Below are positions 51,233 through 59,866 of a stretch of 64,000 nt of DNA, piece after piece (the stretch's first letter is position 1; the number at the start of each line of letters is the position of its first letter). Source of the stretch: Eubacteriales bacterium. GTDB taxonomy: Bacteria > Bacillota > Clostridia > Oscillospirales > CAG-272. The notes under the pieces were generated by a model. That model searched no databases and was not told the DNA's origin. It saw only the letters and a program-made list of their open reading frames with translations. Made by a program: the position numbers and the translations under genes. The stretch lies in assembly GCA_045655185.1 (NCBI GenBank), contig JAZOOS010000012.1:87396-151395 (forward strand). The letters are read 5' to 3'.

Positions 51233-51928
51233 TTATTTAGGTTCGTAAACCTCTTTTACGAAAAGCGTATCCCCCGCGACGGTAAAGGAGACCTCAAGGC
51301 TTGCAAAGCGCATGCGGTATATCCGTTCGGCGTCGGCTTGATAAGAGGGGCGCGGGTCGTCGGCTAAGCAGAGAAGCAGGGCCTCTCTTTTTTCGATCGG
51401 AAGCGCGTTGAGAAGATGGGGAGGAAAGTCTACCGTCAAGCGGTGAGAGACCTCGGCGTCGGCATAGCCGCCGCGGGCGTCGGGGTGGCAATCCGAGGGA
51501 AGATACGGTTTTATATCAAAGATCGGCGTTCGGTCGACCAGATCCGCCCCGCCAACGAGAAGGCAATCCCCATCCTTTTCGCTATGCTCGATCCCCAAAA
51601 GGCGAACCGAGGAAAGGCCGATGGGGTTTGGGCGAAAGGGGGAACGGCTGGCAAAGACCCCCACGCGGCGGTTTCCGCCGAGGCGGGGCGGGCGGACGGT
51701 CGGGCTCCACCCCTCGCGGTGCGCAAGCGAAAAATCAAAAAGAAGCCAAAGGTGCGAGAAGCCTTCGATCTCTCGCAAGGCGTCGGGGTTTCTGTAGGCG
51801 GGCAGAAATACGATGCGCCCGCGCAAGGGCTCTACCCGCCCGCTTTGGCGCGGAACACCGAACTTATCGGGAAAGTCGGTTTCGATATAAGCGATCGGCT
51901 CGATCGAGAGCGAATTCTTTTTCGGCAT
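51233..51928 (-). CDS. trmO: tRNA m6t6A37 methyltransferase TrmO/TsaA
   Basis: KFGVPRQSG, VRPPRLGGN, GVFASRSPFRPNPIGLS, DIKPY. Confidence 0.9.
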   Translation of the reverse strand: MPKKNSLSIEPIAYIETDFPDKFGVPRQSGRVEPLRGRIVFLPAYRNPDALREIEGFSHLWLLFDFSLAHREGWSPTVRPPRLGGNRRVGVFASRSPFRPNPIGLSSVRLLGIEHSEKDGDCLLVGGADLVDRTPIFDIKPYLPSDCHPDARGGYADAEVSHRLTVDFPPHLLNALPIEKREALLLCLADDPRPSYQADAERIYRMRFASLEVSFTVAGDTLFVKEVYEPK

Positions 51929-52037
51929 ACCGTACTCCTTTTTTCGTTTTAATAAAATGGGAAAAAGAACCGTCGTTTCTTGACAGAAAAATCAAATTTT
52001 GCTACAATAGAGGTAAGAAAAAAAGAAGAGGAAAGCT

Positions 52038-52739
52038 ATGATACCAAAAAGCCTATCTAAGCAATTTGATACCGTGATCGTGCTCGACACCGAAACGACG
52101 GGGATCAAGCATAAAGAAGACCGTATCATTGAATTGGCCGCCGCCCGTATGGATAAAAAAGGGGGCAAGAAGCCGTCTGCGACCATGGATCTTTTTATTC
52201 GTTTACCCGAGGGGCAGACCATTCCCGACGAGATCATTCTTCTTACCGGCATTACCGACCAAATGCTTGAAAGCGAGGGGGTCGAGGAAGCAGAGGCTGC
52301 CCGCCGTTTTGCTTCGCTTTTTCCCGAGGAGGGGAAGATCCTTGTGGCCGCCTACAACGCCCAGTTTGACCTTTGTTTTCTGTACTACTGCCTTTTGCGG
52401 CACGGCTATGCCGACCTTTTGAAGCGCACGAAATTCTTGGATCTGCTAACTGTTTATAAGGATCGGCGCCCCTATCCCCATAAGCTGTGCAACGCGGTCG
52501 AAAGCTATCGCCTACATACCGAAAACACCCATCGCGCGATCGACGATACGCTTGCCGCCTTTGAGCTTCTTTCCGAAATGGGGAAGGAAAAGGATGATCT
52601 TTCCTCTTACATCAACCTCTTCGGGTACAATCCGAAGTACGGCGTATCGGGCCCGAGAATTTCTTCGATCACCTATCGCCCGCAACGGTATGACCCGAAA
52701 AATCCCCTGTACGTAGAACAGGAAATTCCGATCTTTTAA
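52038..52739 (+). CDS. DEDDh 3'-5' exonuclease (DnaQ-like)
   Basis: LDTETTG, YNAQFD, HRAIDD. Confidence 0.88.
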   Translation: MIPKSLSKQFDTVIVLDTETTGIKHKEDRIIELAAARMDKKGGKKPSATMDLFIRLPEGQTIPDEIILLTGITDQMLESEGVEEAEAARRFASLFPEEGKILVAAYNAQFDLCFLYYCLLRHGYADLLKRTKFLDLLTVYKDRRPYPHKLCNAVESYRLHTENTHRAIDDTLAAFELLSEMGKEKDDLSSYINLFGYNPKYGVSGPRISSITYRPQRYDPKNPLYVEQEIPIF

Positions 52740-52751
52740 AAAGTTTTGTTT

Positions 52752-53441
52752 TCAAAAAAGGAATATTAACCAAGAAATTATCCACAAAGCGGCTAAATGC
52801 AGAGGATAGAAAAGATAGAAGAAGTATTTCATGCGGTATCTGCCCGGCTTTCCGTTATACAGGGCGATAAGCGGGATCGAAAGAAAGGCGTACAGCTGGA
52901 TCCAAGAGGAAATGGCGAGATAGACCTCGAGCGTGATCAGCAAAATGGCGAAGCCCATAGCCATAAGCTTTCCGGGCTTTCTTTTGAAAAGCGAGATAAG
53001 GAAGGGGGTAACGATCCCCGCAAAGCCGTAATCCACGCTGAAGTATTGACAGAAAACGTAAAATCCGAAAAGCAACGCAAGAAGTAGCAACAAATAAAGC
53101 GAAAAATCCTTGTTCTTTCTTTTCTTGCAGGCGTTTACCGCACGCTCCCCCACCTCCATCAGGATCAGCGAGCAGGAGAAGGTTACGAGGATGCACATGG
53201 TCGTAAAATCACCGACAAAACCGTATATCAGCTGACAAATAAGCGCTAAAACAAAAATGCGCAAGAAGTATTTCCATCGAGAGCGCGTATACCGAAACCC
53301 TTCGGCGATGAAATACGCGAAGATCGGGAAGCCGATGCGCCCGATGACGCGCATCCAGATCGCTTCGGGGAAGAAGAAAAGCCCCGTGTGGTCGATGATC
53401 ATAATGACGACCGCGATCATCTTTAAAACAAATCCGCTCAT
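52752..53441 (-). CDS. TraX-family membrane acyltransferase
   Basis: LKMIAVVIMIIDH, GRIGFPIFAY.IAEGF, YNGKPG, FYLFYPLHL. Confidence 0.85.
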   Translation of the reverse strand: MSGFVLKMIAVVIMIIDHTGLFFFPEAIWMRVIGRIGFPIFAYFIAEGFRYTRSRWKYFLRIFVLALICQLIYGFVGDFTTMCILVTFSCSLILMEVGERAVNACKKRKNKDFSLYLLLLLALLFGFYVFCQYFSVDYGFAGIVTPFLISLFKRKPGKLMAMGFAILLITLEVYLAISSWIQLYAFLSIPLIALYNGKPGRYRMKYFFYLFYPLHLAALWIISWLIFLF

Positions 53442-53533
53442 AAAATTCCTCGTTTTTGAATGATACCCCGATTATACGGGAAAAGACGCCCTTTGTCAAG
53501 GGGGGGACACACCGAGAACCAAGGAGAAACGAT

Positions 53534-53857
53534 ATGAAAAAATGCCGCATCACGGTCATGGCGATCACCACCTATCCCGAGCTGATGGAAAGGTATGAAA
53601 ACCCCATTCTTCACGCCTGTGATATGAAAAAGGGGCAAAGCTTCCTCTCAGAGAACCGAGAGCGGCCCGCGGGGCTTTGCGAAAGCGCCTGGGAAAGCAT
53701 GCGCCCTTTTGTTGAAGCGCTTGCCAACGGGGGCGGTAATTTTTACGACGGGTGGATGAAGGATCCCCATTCCGCCATGATCTCGTGTAACGACGGGTTC
53801 CGCCCCGTCAGCTTTTATATCGAAGCGATCGAAGGAGAAGAGAATGAAAAAGAATAA
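53534..53857 (+). CDS. TIGR04076-family Cys-rich protein
   Basis: AAGGAG RBS; P.GLCESAW and SCNDGFRPV.F. Confidence 0.8.
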   Translation: MKKCRITVMAITTYPELMERYENPILHACDMKKGQSFLSENRERPAGLCESAWESMRPFVEALANGGGNFYDGWMKDPHSAMISCNDGFRPVSFYIEAIEGEENEKE

Positions 53858-54998
53858 CGAAAAAAAGAAATCCCCCCGTTTTGGAAACCTGATCGTGATC
53901 CTTATGTATCTTGCTGTGGGGGGCGTCTGCGGCTTTTTGATCACCGATACGATGAACGCTCTTCCCTTGGGGGAGGATCCTTTTTTAAAGCTGTTTGTGT
54001 TCGCCACTTCGCTTTTTCTTCTGGTATGGGTCCATTATCTTTCGATCCTTCTGCATGAAGGGGGGCATCTGGTCGCGGGCCTTTTGACGGGCTACGGCTT
54101 TTCTTCCTTCCGCATCGGAAGCCAGATGCTCGTAAAGGAAAAGGGGAGGCTTCGTTTTCGCCGTCTTTCGCTTTTCGGCACGGGCGGACAATGCCTGCTT
54201 ACCCCGCCGCCGCTTGTCGACGGAAAATGCCCCTATATCCTTTATAACCTCGGCGGATCGCTGTCTAATCTCTTTTTTGCCGCCCTCTTCTTTGGCCTTT
54301 CGTTTCATTGCTACACGCTTCCCCTTTTGCGGATGCTTCTTTTGATGGCGGCGCTTATCGGCTTTGCCTTTGCCCTTACCAACGGGATTCCGCTTCGCAC
54401 GGACGCGGTGAACAATGACGGAAAAAACACGCTTGAAATGCGTAAAAATCCCCGCGCGCTCTATGCCTTTTGGCTGCAGATGGCGATCAACGAAAAAACG
54501 GCAGAGGGGGTCCGTCTTCGCGATATGCCGCAGGAATGGTTTCTTTTACCCGAGCGGGGCGAGTGGGATGACGGTCTTCTTTCCAGTGTGGCCGTCTTTT
54601 GCGAAAACCGCCTGATGGACGAGCATCGGTTCCCTGAGGCGAAGGCGCTTTCCGAGGCGTTGCTTGCCAAAGGGGACGGGGTGCCGGGGGTCTACCGTTT
54701 TCTCCTTTCGGCCGATCTTTTGTATCTTTGTGCCCTTTCGGGGGACCGGGAGGGTGCCACGGCCCTTTATGATAAAAAGCAAAAAAGCTTTATGAAGCAG
54801 ATGGCGTCCTTCCCGTCCGTGATCCGTACCGACCTTGCGCTTGCGCTTCTTTTTGGTGACGAAGAAAAAAAGAGGCGCGCCGAGGCCCGCTTTGAAAGGG
54901 TGAAGAGGACCCACCCGTATACCGCCGATATCGAAAGCGAAGAGGAGCTTATCGGCCTTCTTTATGAGGCGATGGGAAAGGAAAGCGGGCTTTCATAA
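53844..54998 (+). CDS. M50-family (site-2) membrane metallopeptidase
   Basis: HEGGH, GGQC, NLGG, NDG; TM helices. Confidence 0.8.
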   Translation: MKKNNEKKKSPRFGNLIVILMYLAVGGVCGFLITDTMNALPLGEDPFLKLFVFATSLFLLVWVHYLSILLHEGGHLVAGLLTGYGFSSFRIGSQMLVKEKGRLRFRRLSLFGTGGQCLLTPPPLVDGKCPYILYNLGGSLSNLFFAALFFGLSFHCYTLPLLRMLLLMAALIGFAFALTNGIPLRTDAVNNDGKNTLEMRKNPRALYAFWLQMAINEKTAEGVRLRDMPQEWFLLPERGEWDDGLLSSVAVFCENRLMDEHRFPEAKALSEALLAKGDGVPGVYRFLLSADLLYLCALSGDREGATALYDKKQKSFMKQMASFPSVIRTDLALALLFGDEEKKRRAEARFERVKRTHPYTADIESEEELIGLLYEAMGKESGLS

Positions 54999-55110
54999 GA
55001 ACAAGCACCAAAAAGGCAGATACGAGTCTGCCTTTTTTGCACAATCGGCTCATTTTTCTTGAAAAAAGGGAAGCGTTCGTGTATAATAAAGAAAAAAAGG
55101 GGGTATCCGC

Positions 55111-55335
55111 TTGCCAAGAAGAAACGAAACACCGCTTCATAGCGTTTTGTCGGTCGACAGCGCGAAGCAGCTTTTTCTCACAATGAAGACAGAGGAGACT
55201 AAACGCCTTCTGAAGGATATCAAGTTGATCAATTTAGGGAATTTAACCGGGTCGTTGCTTTACCCAACAAAACGAAAAATGATGGTTTTTCCTCTTTGCG
55301 TTGCGTGCAATGCTTTTTATTCGGAGGCCCGATGA
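55111..55335 (+). CDS. Possible small protein (74 aa) in its own transcription unit
   Basis: TTGAAA-17-TATAAT at 55059-55087; G-rich RBS-like tract before TTG; terminator at about 55355-55384; no recognisable family. Confidence 0.35.
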   Translation: MPRRNETPLHSVLSVDSAKQLFLTMKTEETKRLLKDIKLINLGNLTGSLLYPTKRKMMVFPLCVACNAFYSEAR

Positions 55336-55393
55336 CGAGGCGTAATTACATAAGAAAAAAGAAGCACCGCGGTGCTTCTTTTTCGTTTTTAAA

Positions 55394-55960
55394 TCAGATG
55401 GGGAAATATACGATAGTCCGTATGATAACAAACAGCGAAAAGCAAAAGGCGGGCAGGACCAAGGATAAAAGCATCGTGTTGATCGCCTTTTCCGAAAGTC
55501 TTGGATACAAAAGATCATAGATCCTACAGCCGATATACGCGCCTGCGAAATTTGTGATAAGATCGGTCGTATCCAAGATCCCAAAGCCCGAAAAAAGCTG
55601 GAACAGCTCAAGGCCGCAGGTGAAAAGAAAAAGCCAAAGCAAGCTTGCCCTTCGGCTTGCGATAAAGGGCAACAGCATCCCCGCGGGGATAAAGCAGAGA
55701 ATGTTAAGGAGAAACACCCCGATCTGCCACCAATTTATGGGGTTAAGCGAATGCACCAAGGAGCGAAAGGGGACAAGACCCCCAAAAAACCGCTCCCATA
55801 ACGGCAAGGCTCGGTTCCTTTCAATGCTTAATAAGGAATTGATATTGAATTTAAAAACGATCGCCCAGATCAAGATAACGAGGCAAAAGAAGAAAAGAAG
55901 GGAAGCATAAATCTTTTGCGCCCGATCGCCATATAGCAGCCTGTCCCGAAGCTTAGACAT
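55394..55960 (-). CDS. VanZ family membrane protein
   Basis: LNILCFIPAG, LELFQL..G..DTTDLITN..G. Confidence 0.8.
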   Translation of the reverse strand: MSKLRDRLLYGDRAQKIYASLLFFFCLVILIWAIVFKFNINSLLSIERNRALPLWERFFGGLVPFRSLVHSLNPINWWQIGVFLLNILCFIPAGMLLPFIASRRASLLWLFLFTCGLELFQLFSGFGILDTTDLITNFAGAYIGCRIYDLLYPRLSEKAINTMLLSLVLPAFCFSLFVIIRTIVYFPI

Positions 55961-56042
55961 AAAGCACCTCATAGATAGAGAAAGGTTTATATAGTAACAG
56001 TATAGCAGAAGGGAAGGGGAAAAGCAACCGTTGTCCCTTTTT

Positions 56043-56726
56043 TTATTTTTTGATCAAATCCCTTTCGGCCGTTACCGCAGCGTTTCGCTCTTGCTCGGGA
56101 TGGCGGGGCTTCGGCAGATCCCAACGGAAGGTGGCCGCCAGCAGCCGCAGGGTCAAAACGATCAGGATCCCCACAAAAAGGCAGACGATGCTATGGAAAT
56201 AAGGATAAATGAGCGAGAAGACAAGGGCCCCCGAGGCCGAAGCACAGGCGTAAAAGTTCTTGATGAAGATCTTCGGTACGTCCTTTGAAAAAACGTCTCG
56301 CAAAACGCCGCCGCCAACCCCGGTTATGACCCCGAGGAGAACCGAGGTGAAAAGGTTGGGGGCATCAATATAGGTAAAGGCGGCGCGCGCCCCGATCACC
56401 GTAAAGACCCCAAGCCCCACCGAGTCGGCGAAAAGCATCAGAAGATCGTAATTCCGATGCTTCCTTGAGAGAAAGGCTTGAATGGGGGGAAGGTAAGTAA
56501 GCGCCGATACCGAAAGCGCCACAAAAGCGTTCAGCGGATCAACGAGCGCCGTCGGCGGGGTAGCCCCCAAGAGGACGTCACGTATGACCCCGCCGCCGAT
56601 CGCGGTGGTCATACCCAAGACGCACGCGCCAAAGATATCCATATCCTTTTTTATGGCGGTCAGCGCCCCCGAAAGGGCAAAGGCTACCGTGCCGATCAGC
56701 TCAAAAATAAAAAAGACAATATTCAT
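56043..56726 (-). CDS. YadS/UPF0126 (TRIC-family) putative glycine transporter
   Basis: Duplicated GTVAFALSGA / GGG.IRD.L motifs; glycine riboswitch upstream. Confidence 0.88.
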   Translation of the reverse strand: MNIVFFIFELIGTVAFALSGALTAIKKDMDIFGACVLGMTTAIGGGVIRDVLLGATPPTALVDPLNAFVALSVSALTYLPPIQAFLSRKHRNYDLLMLFADSVGLGVFTVIGARAAFTYIDAPNLFTSVLLGVITGVGGGVLRDVFSKDVPKIFIKNFYACASASGALVFSLIYPYFHSIVCLFVGILIVLTLRLLAATFRWDLPKPRHPEQERNAAVTAERDLIKK

Positions 56727-56740
56727 AGCTTCTCCTATAA

Positions 56741-56900
56741 ACATTGTCCTTTTACCTGAAAGATTCTTTCCTTGCGGAAATTGCTTCGTCGGTAGCGCTT
56801 GATGGCGCCTTCTTCAATGTGCCGTCCCAAAGCGGTCCTTTTACCTGAAAGCATGACTTCTTCGGTGACCGAACGGTTCTTTCCCGCTTTTTTCATCCGG
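56741..56900 (-). ncRNA. Tandem glycine riboswitch
   Basis: Minus strand has two aptamers: GGAAAGA...CACCGAAGAAG...CTTTCAGGTAAAAGGACCGC and GAAGAAG...ACCGACGAAGCAA...CTTTCAGGTAAAAGGACAATG. Confidence 0.92.
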
Positions 56901-57023
56901 CGATCGTATAAAATTATTGAGGGAAATTCCTCTCTTTCCCATTATATACCAATGCTATGAAAATAGCAAGCGGAAAGAGGAAAATATGTTTCGCGCAACA
57001 AAGCATCCGTGCCGTTATAAAAA

Positions 57024-57602
57024 TCATTCTCCCCACATGTCTTTCTCAAATACAGTTCCATCCTCAACGACGGGTACGGGCATAGACGATTTTTTTGCAT
57101 CAAATACCAACTTATTGTTAACAACGTTGAAAACAAGTAAGTCTCCGGTCTCTAAAGTTAGAGTTAAAGCAGCTTCGGTAAGCTCGTATGTACCGATGAT
57201 CTCGGTGTAGCGGGAGAATATATAGCGACACGTATTATCTGTTTTGGAAAGATTGATAATATCGGGGAGAACAGAACTCATTTCGCTCACGGTAAAGTAT
57301 GTGTCATATGCGAGCAAAGTATAATGCTTGGAAGCGCAGATTTTGCATCTATATATAGTGGTTGATTCGTTTAAGCTTCCCACCCTTTCCCAATATTCAG
57401 GTTTGTCACAAAAATGCGTTCTCTTGCATTCAGCACACACATAATGAACCTGGGCTGCTACCCAATTATGCGTGCAAACAGTAGTCTGTTGATCTTTTGT
57501 AGTGCTTTGACCTATGTTATCAGGAAAGGTAAAAATATCGCATCCCACAAGCATAGAAAGGAAAAGGAAAGAGACAATCAGGATCGATAATACTCGTTTC
57601 AT
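57024..57602 (-). CDS. Small AT-rich lipoprotein with two CxxC pairs
   Basis: Lipobox LVGC; CAEC and CKIC; visibly lower GC than the flanking genes. Confidence 0.75.
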   Translation of the reverse strand: MKRVLSILIVSFLFLSMLVGCDIFTFPDNIGQSTTKDQQTTVCTHNWVAAQVHYVCAECKRTHFCDKPEYWERVGSLNESTTIYRCKICASKHYTLLAYDTYFTVSEMSSVLPDIINLSKTDNTCRYIFSRYTEIIGTYELTEAALTLTLETGDLLVFNVVNNKLVFDAKKSSMPVPVVEDGTVFEKDMWGE

Positions 57603-57719
57603 AAAGCGTTCCCCTTTCGTATTTGTTGAATTTACCTATAAACATTATATCACGTTTTAGAGAACATTTCAACTTTACTCTCAACGTATTGTTGCGAAAA
57701 CAAAAGCCCCCGCATGGGA

Positions 57720-58531
57720 GGGATATTCGCCTTTGGCGAAGATACGCGCACCCTGCGCCTGGCAAGCGAGCTTGCCGATCTTCGGGTGGCGTATGCGACC
57801 CCTCATTTGCTTCGCAAATAGAGGGTTCACGGGCTCCCTGTCCGCCAACGAAAAAAGGCACCCTTTTTGGGAGGGGTATTCGCCTATGGCGAAGATTTTT
57901 CGCCGCGCCGCTTGTGAGCAAGCTCCCAGACGGCTTTGGCTCAAATGCGCATACCGCCTTGGCGGTATCTTGCCAAGCGAGCATACGGGATTGGGGATAG
58001 TACAAACCTGAGCGATTATTCCTTTGCTTCCCGCGAGCGGCAATACCCTCATTTGCTGGCGCAAATAGAGGGTTCTCGCTACCTCCCCAACAAAAAGAAA
58101 AACACCCACAAGGGGTAGGGATATTCGCCGTTGGCGAAGATTTTTCGCCACGCCGCTTGTGAGCAAGCTCCCAGACGGCTTTGGCTCAAATGCGCATACC
58201 GCCTTGGCGGTATCTTGCCATGCGAGCATGCGGGATTGGGGATAGTACGAACCTGAGCGATTATTCCTTTGCTTCCCGCGAGCGGCAATACCCTTATTTG
58301 CTAGCGCAAATAGAGGGTTCTCGTCCTCTTCCTACCAAAAAGAAAAGCAGGTATGAAGTCGGGATATTCAATCCGCTATGCGGAATTGAAGATACGCGCA
58401 CCCTGCGCCTGCCAAGCGAGCTTGCCGATCTTCGGGTGGCGTATGCGAACCCTTTTTCGCTAACGCGAAAAGAGGGCTCTTGCCACCTCCCCAACAAAAA
58501 GAAAAACACCCACAAGGGGTGTTTTTCTTTT
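57720..58531. repeat. Modular A-B-B-A hairpin repeat array abutting the tRNA-Ser 3' end
   Basis: A1 57720-57872, B1 57873-58117, B2 58118-58360, A2 58361-58531. All start GGG(A/G)TATTC-hairpin-GAAGAT and contain CCCT-hairpin-AGAGGG(T/C)TC; B1 and B2 are near-identical. Confidence 0.9.
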
Positions 58532-58621
58532 TGGCGGACAGGGAGGGATTCGAACCCTCGGTCCCGTGAAGGATTACCTGATTTCGAGTCAGGGCCGTTA
58601 TGACCACTTCGATACCTGTCC
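58532..58621 (-). tRNA. tRNA-Ser (anticodon CGA)
   Basis: Minus strand GGACAGGTATCGAAGTGGTCATAACGGCCCTGACTCGAAATCAGG, long variable arm, then GAGGGTTCGAATCCCTCCCTGTCCGCCA. Confidence 0.96.
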
Positions 58622-58728
58622 GTATAAAGGGGTGGCGGTTGCCGCCAACGAAATCTATTGTACCACATCTTTTAAAGGATTGCAAGCCCTTTTTTGAATT
58701 TTTCTGAGAAAAAGGGAAGGGAAAAAGA

Positions 58729-58758
58729 AAAAGCGGAATGGCGAACCATTCCGCTTTT
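58729..58758 (-). terminator. Terminator of the sugar-acid operon
   Basis: AAAAGCGGAATGG-CGAA-CCATTCCGCTTTT. Confidence 0.85.
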
Positions 58759-58773
58759 GGTATAAGAGGCAGA

Positions 58774-59847
58774 TTAGCGCTTAACGCGAGCGTTACCGCC
58801 CCAGATGCTGAAGATCTGCTCTTCATCGGCAGGCTGGGCATAGTCGGTAAGGAAGGTAGTGGCAAGAGCGCCGCTCGCCCAAGCGAACTGCAGCTGCTTC
58901 TCGGCATCCCAACCCTTGATGATGGAGTAGAGAAGGCCGCCAACAAAGCCGTCGCCGCCGCCGATACGGTCAAGAACCGTGATGTCACGGGGCTCGGCGA
59001 TGTGCCACTCGTTGTCGCTCCAGAGGATAGCACCCCAGAGGTGGTGGTTAACGTTGATGACCTGACGGAGCGTGGTACCGAACACGCTGGCGTTCGGGAA
59101 CTTCTCACGCACGCAGTTGATCATGGCCTTGAAGCTCTCGATCTTGGAGCCAAGGTCCTTACCGCCGGCCTCGGGACCCTCGATGCCGAGGCAGAGCTGG
59201 AAGTCTTCCTCGTTGCCGACGAGGATATCGGCGACAGAAGCGATCTCGGTGAAGATGTCGTGAAGCTCCTGCTCGCGGCCCTTCCAGAAGGAAGCGCGGT
59301 GATTGAGGTCAAAGGCGATGAGCGTGCCGTGCTTCTTCGCGGCACGGGCAAGCTCTAAGCAGAACTGGCTGGTCTCGGGCGAAAGAGCGCCGATAAGACC
59401 CGAAAGGTGAAGAACGCCAACGCCCTCTTCGCCAAAGAGACGCTCAAGGTCGAAATCCTTTATCGAAAGGGTACGACCAACCTCGCCCGCACGGTCGTTC
59501 TGTACGCGAGGGCCTCTTGCGCCGTAACCGCTGTCGGCAATGTTGAACTGGTGACGGTAGCCCCAAGGGCCGCCCTGCTCAACCTCGGGACCCTCAAAGG
59601 TCATGCCGCGGCCGAGAAGGTTGTGCTTGATCATCTTGGAGATGGGGCTATCCTTAACGAAGGCGGTCAGAACGTGAGTGGGAAGGCCGAGGTACGAGGA
59701 GATGCTGGCAACGTTGGTCTCCGCGCTGGTGACCTGCATACGGAAGAGCTCGGACGAGTAGACGGGCTGACCGTCGGGCGGGCAGATACGAACGCCCATA
59801 CTGGTGGGAACCACCAGAGCGTACTTGTAGTTTTCTCTCAGCTTCAT
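58774..59847 (-). CDS. PfkB-family sugar-acid kinase (KdgK/gluconate-kinase-like)
   Basis: AETNVA, LHLSG, FDLNHRASFW, GNEED, DRIGGGDGF. Confidence 0.85.
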   Translation of the reverse strand: MKLRENYKYALVVPTSMGVRICPPDGQPVYSSELFRMQVTSAETNVASISSYLGLPTHVLTAFVKDSPISKMIKHNLLGRGMTFEGPEVEQGGPWGYRHQFNIADSGYGARGPRVQNDRAGEVGRTLSIKDFDLERLFGEEGVGVLHLSGLIGALSPETSQFCLELARAAKKHGTLIAFDLNHRASFWKGREQELHDIFTEIASVADILVGNEEDFQLCLGIEGPEAGGKDLGSKIESFKAMINCVREKFPNASVFGTTLRQVINVNHHLWGAILWSDNEWHIAEPRDITVLDRIGGGDGFVGGLLYSIIKGWDAEKQLQFAWASGALATTFLTDYAQPADEEQIFSIWGGNARVKR

Positions 59848-59866
59848 AAGAAGATCCTCCTATAAA

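Noticed and set aside
52752-53441. TraX as evidence of a conjugative element
   Set aside because: Stand-alone TraX-family genes are common on chromosomes; no other tra, relaxase or T4SS genes are nearby.
57834-57847. Integrase attL/attR duplication of the tRNA-Ser 3' end
   Set aside because: The copy is inverted relative to the tRNA and no integrase is present; kept as a separate finding instead.
57720-58531. CRISPR array interpretation, and the ORFs overlapping the repeat region
   Set aside because: Units are 150-245 bp with repeated rather than unique cores and there are no cas genes; the ORFs simply translate the repeats.
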